This document shows, one piece after another, positions 61,025 to 64,000 of a stretch of 64,000 bases of DNA (position 1 is the stretch's first letter; each line of letters begins with the position of its first letter). The translations under genes and the position numbers were made by a program. Under the pieces are notes generated by a model. That model was not told the DNA's origin. It did no database searches and was given only the letters and a program-made list of their open reading frames with translations. The stretch spans positions 2,752,001 through 2,816,000 of the forward strand of contig OY781089.1 of the NCBI GenBank assembly GCA_963676565.1, in the 5' to 3' direction. The stretch comes from Halarcobacter sp. Lineage in GTDB: Bacteria; Campylobacterota; Campylobacteria; Campylobacterales; Arcobacteraceae.

Positions 61025-62166
61025 GTAAATACCTTTTCAAACTCTTTAGCACTCTTACTCCAACTATATTTACACCTTATCCTTTCTTTTATTTCATCTT
61101 TATCAAAATCATTATTCCTAAAATCTTTAAACTTAGTAGCAAGCATGTTTTCATTGTCAGGTTCTACTATATATCCAGTGACTCTATCTTCAATAATATT
61201 TGGTATTCCTCCTACATTTGTTCCTATACAAGGTATCCCGAAACTCATAGCTTCAATCAATACATTTGGAAAGTTATCATAATGAGAAGTTAAAGCACAT
61301 ATGTCAGATATATTATAAAATTTTCCTAATTCATCTTTATCTATGTTACCGGTAAATATCACATTATCTTGAATACTTAAACTATTTACTAATTCTATTA
61401 AATCATCTTTTTTATTTCCATCACCCACAATAATAAGTTTAGAATTAGAATCTTTTTTTACAAATAATGCAAACCCTTTTAAAAGCATAGGAACATTTTT
61501 TATATCTATCAATCTTCCCACAAAAAGAATTACAAAATCATCACTTTTAATTCCAATATTGCTTCTAAAAACTTGTTTATCTATCAACGTACCTTTATCA
61601 AACTCATATACTCCAATATTTATAAAGTGTAGTTTATCATTAACAATATCTCTTTGTTTTATCTGTTCATAAGCATTTCCATTAGCTATAATTCCATAGC
61701 AACCTTTTGCTAAAAAAATGTCATAAAAATTACTCAATGGTCCAGGCATTCTTATATATGCTTTTTTATTTATAAATTTTGATACTAAATAAGTCAATAA
61801 AGGTAACTCACAAGTATGTAATACAAAGTCATCATCTCTCTTTTTTAAAGCTAAAAAAACTCTAAATTCAAATATCACTTGTCCAAGTATTCTAGGTATT
61901 CCTCTAATACCTCTTAATTTTTTAAGGTATTTATTTTTATGAAATAATTGTGTAAAAGGATAAAGCCAAGGTGATTTTATAAAAACTTCTTTATTAAAAT
62001 GCTTTGCAACCTTATCATAAGTACTATTTTTAAAAAGAGGTTTTAAAGAATATATTTCAACTTCATATCCTAAGTCTGTCAAAGCTTTAGACATATTTAT
62101 ATCAAAATTTTCTCCACCACCTCTAAACATCATCATACCAATATTAACAAATATTACTTTTTTCAT
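61021..62166 (-). CDS. GT4 glycosyltransferase
   Basis: GGGE, FVGRL, DNFPNVLIEAM. Confidence 0.88.
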   Translation of the reverse strand: MKKVIFVNIGMMMFRGGGENFDINMSKALTDLGYEVEIYSLKPLFKNSTYDKVAKHFNKEVFIKSPWLYPFTQLFHKNKYLKKLRGIRGIPRILGQVIFEFRVFLALKKRDDDFVLHTCELPLLTYLVSKFINKKAYIRMPGPLSNFYDIFLAKGCYGIIANGNAYEQIKQRDIVNDKLHFINIGVYEFDKGTLIDKQVFRSNIGIKSDDFVILFVGRLIDIKNVPMLLKGFALFVKKDSNSKLIIVGDGNKKDDLIELVNSLSIQDNVIFTGNIDKDELGKFYNISDICALTSHYDNFPNVLIEAMSFGIPCIGTNVGGIPNIIEDRVTGYIVEPDNENMLATKFKDFRNNDFDKDEIKERIRCKYSWSKSAKEFEKVFT

Positions 62167-63002
62167 AATTTTAAATCTCTTGCTCGTATAGGAGTTATAT
62201 CATATTTACTTACAAAATCTAAAAACTCTTTTAATAAATCATACTGAGTTTTTTTAGAATTATCTGGCAAAATACATTTGTGCTCCCAAAAATGTGTCGC
62301 TAGTACAAAAGGATAGTCATTGTCTTTACAGTAAAGAAAAGCATTTTCTAAAGTTTTAAGCTTTGTAGATGGAGTTAAAGCATATCCTCCTACTTCCCAT
62401 CTATTACCATCTACTATAGGAATAGGACTATCAAATTTAAATTTAAACATATAATAAATTCTTTGTAATCTTGCTATTTGATGCTTTGCAGAAAATAAAC
62501 TTCTAGTATTTCTTTTAACTCCTGGCAAATTTAAAAGATTAAATTTATTATCAATTAAAATATTTGCTATATCTACAGACATAGTGTTGCTAGGAGGTAC
62601 AAAAGTATTTATATCTATCCCAAATAAACTTTCTAAATATTTTTTAGACTCTATCAATTTTTTTTCAAAACCATCTATTTTATCTATTAGTTCGGGGTAA
62701 ATAGTATGGTTTTTTATTCGATAAGTATGATGAATACCGTGTAAAGCAATATCAACTTTATTTTCTACTATTTTATTGTTAATATATTTAGTTAATTCTG
62801 CATTTCTTCCCATAGGATAAGCTTGAGTGTCATGCCAGTACTTTAGTGGTATAAAGCCAACTAAAGCTGTCCCTATCTGATATGGAACAGTAGCAAATGT
62901 TATAGGAAAAGTCCCCCATATATCTTTATATAAACTATCTATCTCATCTATATTTGTAAAATATGATAAGTCATCATCTCTTATTATAAATTGTACACTC
63001 AA
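62163..63002 (-). CDS. Polysaccharide deacetylase-like protein (NodB/DUF2334 type)
   Basis: IRDDD, LHGIHH, FVPPSN, THFWE. Confidence 0.78.
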   Translation of the reverse strand: MSVQFIIRDDDLSYFTNIDEIDSLYKDIWGTFPITFATVPYQIGTALVGFIPLKYWHDTQAYPMGRNAELTKYINNKIVENKVDIALHGIHHTYRIKNHTIYPELIDKIDGFEKKLIESKKYLESLFGIDINTFVPPSNTMSVDIANILIDNKFNLLNLPGVKRNTRSLFSAKHQIARLQRIYYMFKFKFDSPIPIVDGNRWEVGGYALTPSTKLKTLENAFLYCKDNDYPFVLATHFWEHKCILPDNSKKTQYDLLKEFLDFVSKYDITPIRARDLKL

Positions 63003-64000
63003 TTTACACCACCTAATATTTTATCTAAAGAATAAAGTCTCATAAGTTTATGATATTGATTTGTTTTCGTTAAATGATCTATCACTATTTTTGAATCTAT
63101 ATATGTATCTAAATTATTTAAAGTATTAACTTTTTTTGCTTCTATATATTTTTTAGCATAATCTACTGTAAAACCTATCTTGGGCCTAATCAATAACTCT
63201 TTTGACAATATACTATTTCCAATATTTCTTAAAATGATTTTAGATTTCTTTAAATTAATTTTCTTTTTTAATGGTAAGTTTAAAGCAAATTTTATTATTT
63301 CTATATCTAAAAAAGGAAGTCTCATTTCTACACCGTGGGACATACTCATTCTATCTGCTCTAGATAGAAGTGGTACTAAATACTCTTCAAGTTCTGTAGC
63401 CAAATAAGTAAGCATTTTTCTCTCAGTTTTATCTTTGATGAAACTATATTTTGCTTCATATTTTGAAAATCGTTCATTGTTATAGATATGCTCTATTGTT
63501 GGCTCTATATTTGCTGTTTTTGTATTTCCTCTTGCATACAATAAAGATTGTAAAAACTTAGTAGGTAAAAATTTACTATATTTATCTAATAAAAGTGACT
63601 TATAGTATAATTGATGATAAGGATAACCTCCGAAAAGTTCATCCGCACCCTCTCCACCTAAAAGTACTTTATAACCATTTTCTTGTGCTAGTTTTGACAC
63701 ATTTAAAATACCTACTGCATTAGTATGAACTAAAGGATATTCCCAATAAAAAAGTGTGTTATCAAAATCTTTTTTAAATACTTCATAGTCTAAATCTTTA
63801 TACACTATATCTACATCTAAATCTTTTGCTAATATATTCGCATATTTAAGTTCAGAACTATCTATAGAGTTTACATGTAATAAGTTATATTTCTTATATC
63901 TATTTGCATAATATGCTATTAAAGATGAGTCAATTCCTCCTGAACCTATAATACCTAAAGGTACATCCGAAAGTAATCTTTTTTTTACAGCCTTATCAAG
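62999..64000 (-). CDS. asnB: Second AsnB-like amidotransferase, 3' part; start lies beyond the window
   Basis: Frame open to the edge: LDKAVKKRLLSDVPLGIIGSGGIDSS...GGEGADELFGGY...RADRMSM..EMRLPFLD. Confidence 0.85.
   Translation of the reverse strand, partial: LDKAVKKRLLSDVPLGIIGSGGIDSSLIAYYANRYKKYNLLHVNSIDSSELKYANILAKDLDVDIVYKDLDYEVFKKDFDNTLFYWEYPLVHTNAVGILNVSKLAQENGYKVLLGGEGADELFGGYPYHQLYYKSLLLDKYSKFLPTKFLQSLLYARGNTKTANIEPTIEHIYNNERFSKYEAKYSFIKDKTERKMLTYLATELEEYLVPLLSRADRMSMSHGVEMRLPFLDIEIIKFALNLPLKKKINLKKSKIILRNIGNSILSKELLIRPKIGFTVDYAKKYIEAKKVNTLNNLDTYIDSKIVIDHLTKTNQYHKLMRLYSLDKILGGVN

Noticed and set aside
5073..63407. Many short + strand ORFs in the track (e.g. 5073, 6532, 9069, 15038, 27308, 31725, 34456, 44131, 58186)
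   Set aside because: Antisense shadows fully inside well-supported minus-strand genes, with no recognisable motifs; the same applies to 20348..20608 and 50087..50299 on the minus strand
52087..64000. Phase-variable homopolymer tracts in the polysaccharide genes
   Set aside because: No long poly-G/C runs seen; A/T runs are expected at this base composition and the ORFs are intact

Overview
AT-rich bacterial chromosome segment, most consistent with Arcobacteraceae (Campylobacterota), judged from the gyrA/asd/hemE/argJ/rpmB core block, katA plus ankyrin gene, pglF and TGnTAnnnT-type promoters. 1-15.6 kb is an aromatic-acid catabolic island: the complete protocatechuate 4,5-cleavage set (ligU-I-K-J-A-B-C), a TRAP transporter, an OprD-like porin, a MarR regulator, a 3-hydroxybenzoate hydroxylase, a second DctP, a hydrolase and a partial vanA. 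Its three operons share a near-identical promoter cassette with a PcaR/PobR-type box. 15.8-40 kb is accessory genes: redox proteins, SelO, GapN-like ALDH, a TonB/ABC uptake operon ending in a TiaS-like DDTD enzyme and a small 4-Cys protein, an MCP, eutBC-eat and katA. Two tRNA-Asn genes and core genes follow (40-50 kb), then a signal-peptide-bearing ATP-dependent ligase and an O-antigen-type cluster (52-64 kb) with two AsnB-like amidotransferases. A ~110-nt three-hairpin element with compensatory base changes lies directly upstream of two unrelated genes (4.0 kb and 48.4 kb). No CRISPR array, integrase or transposase was seen. All assignments come from motif recognition by eye; no database search was run.
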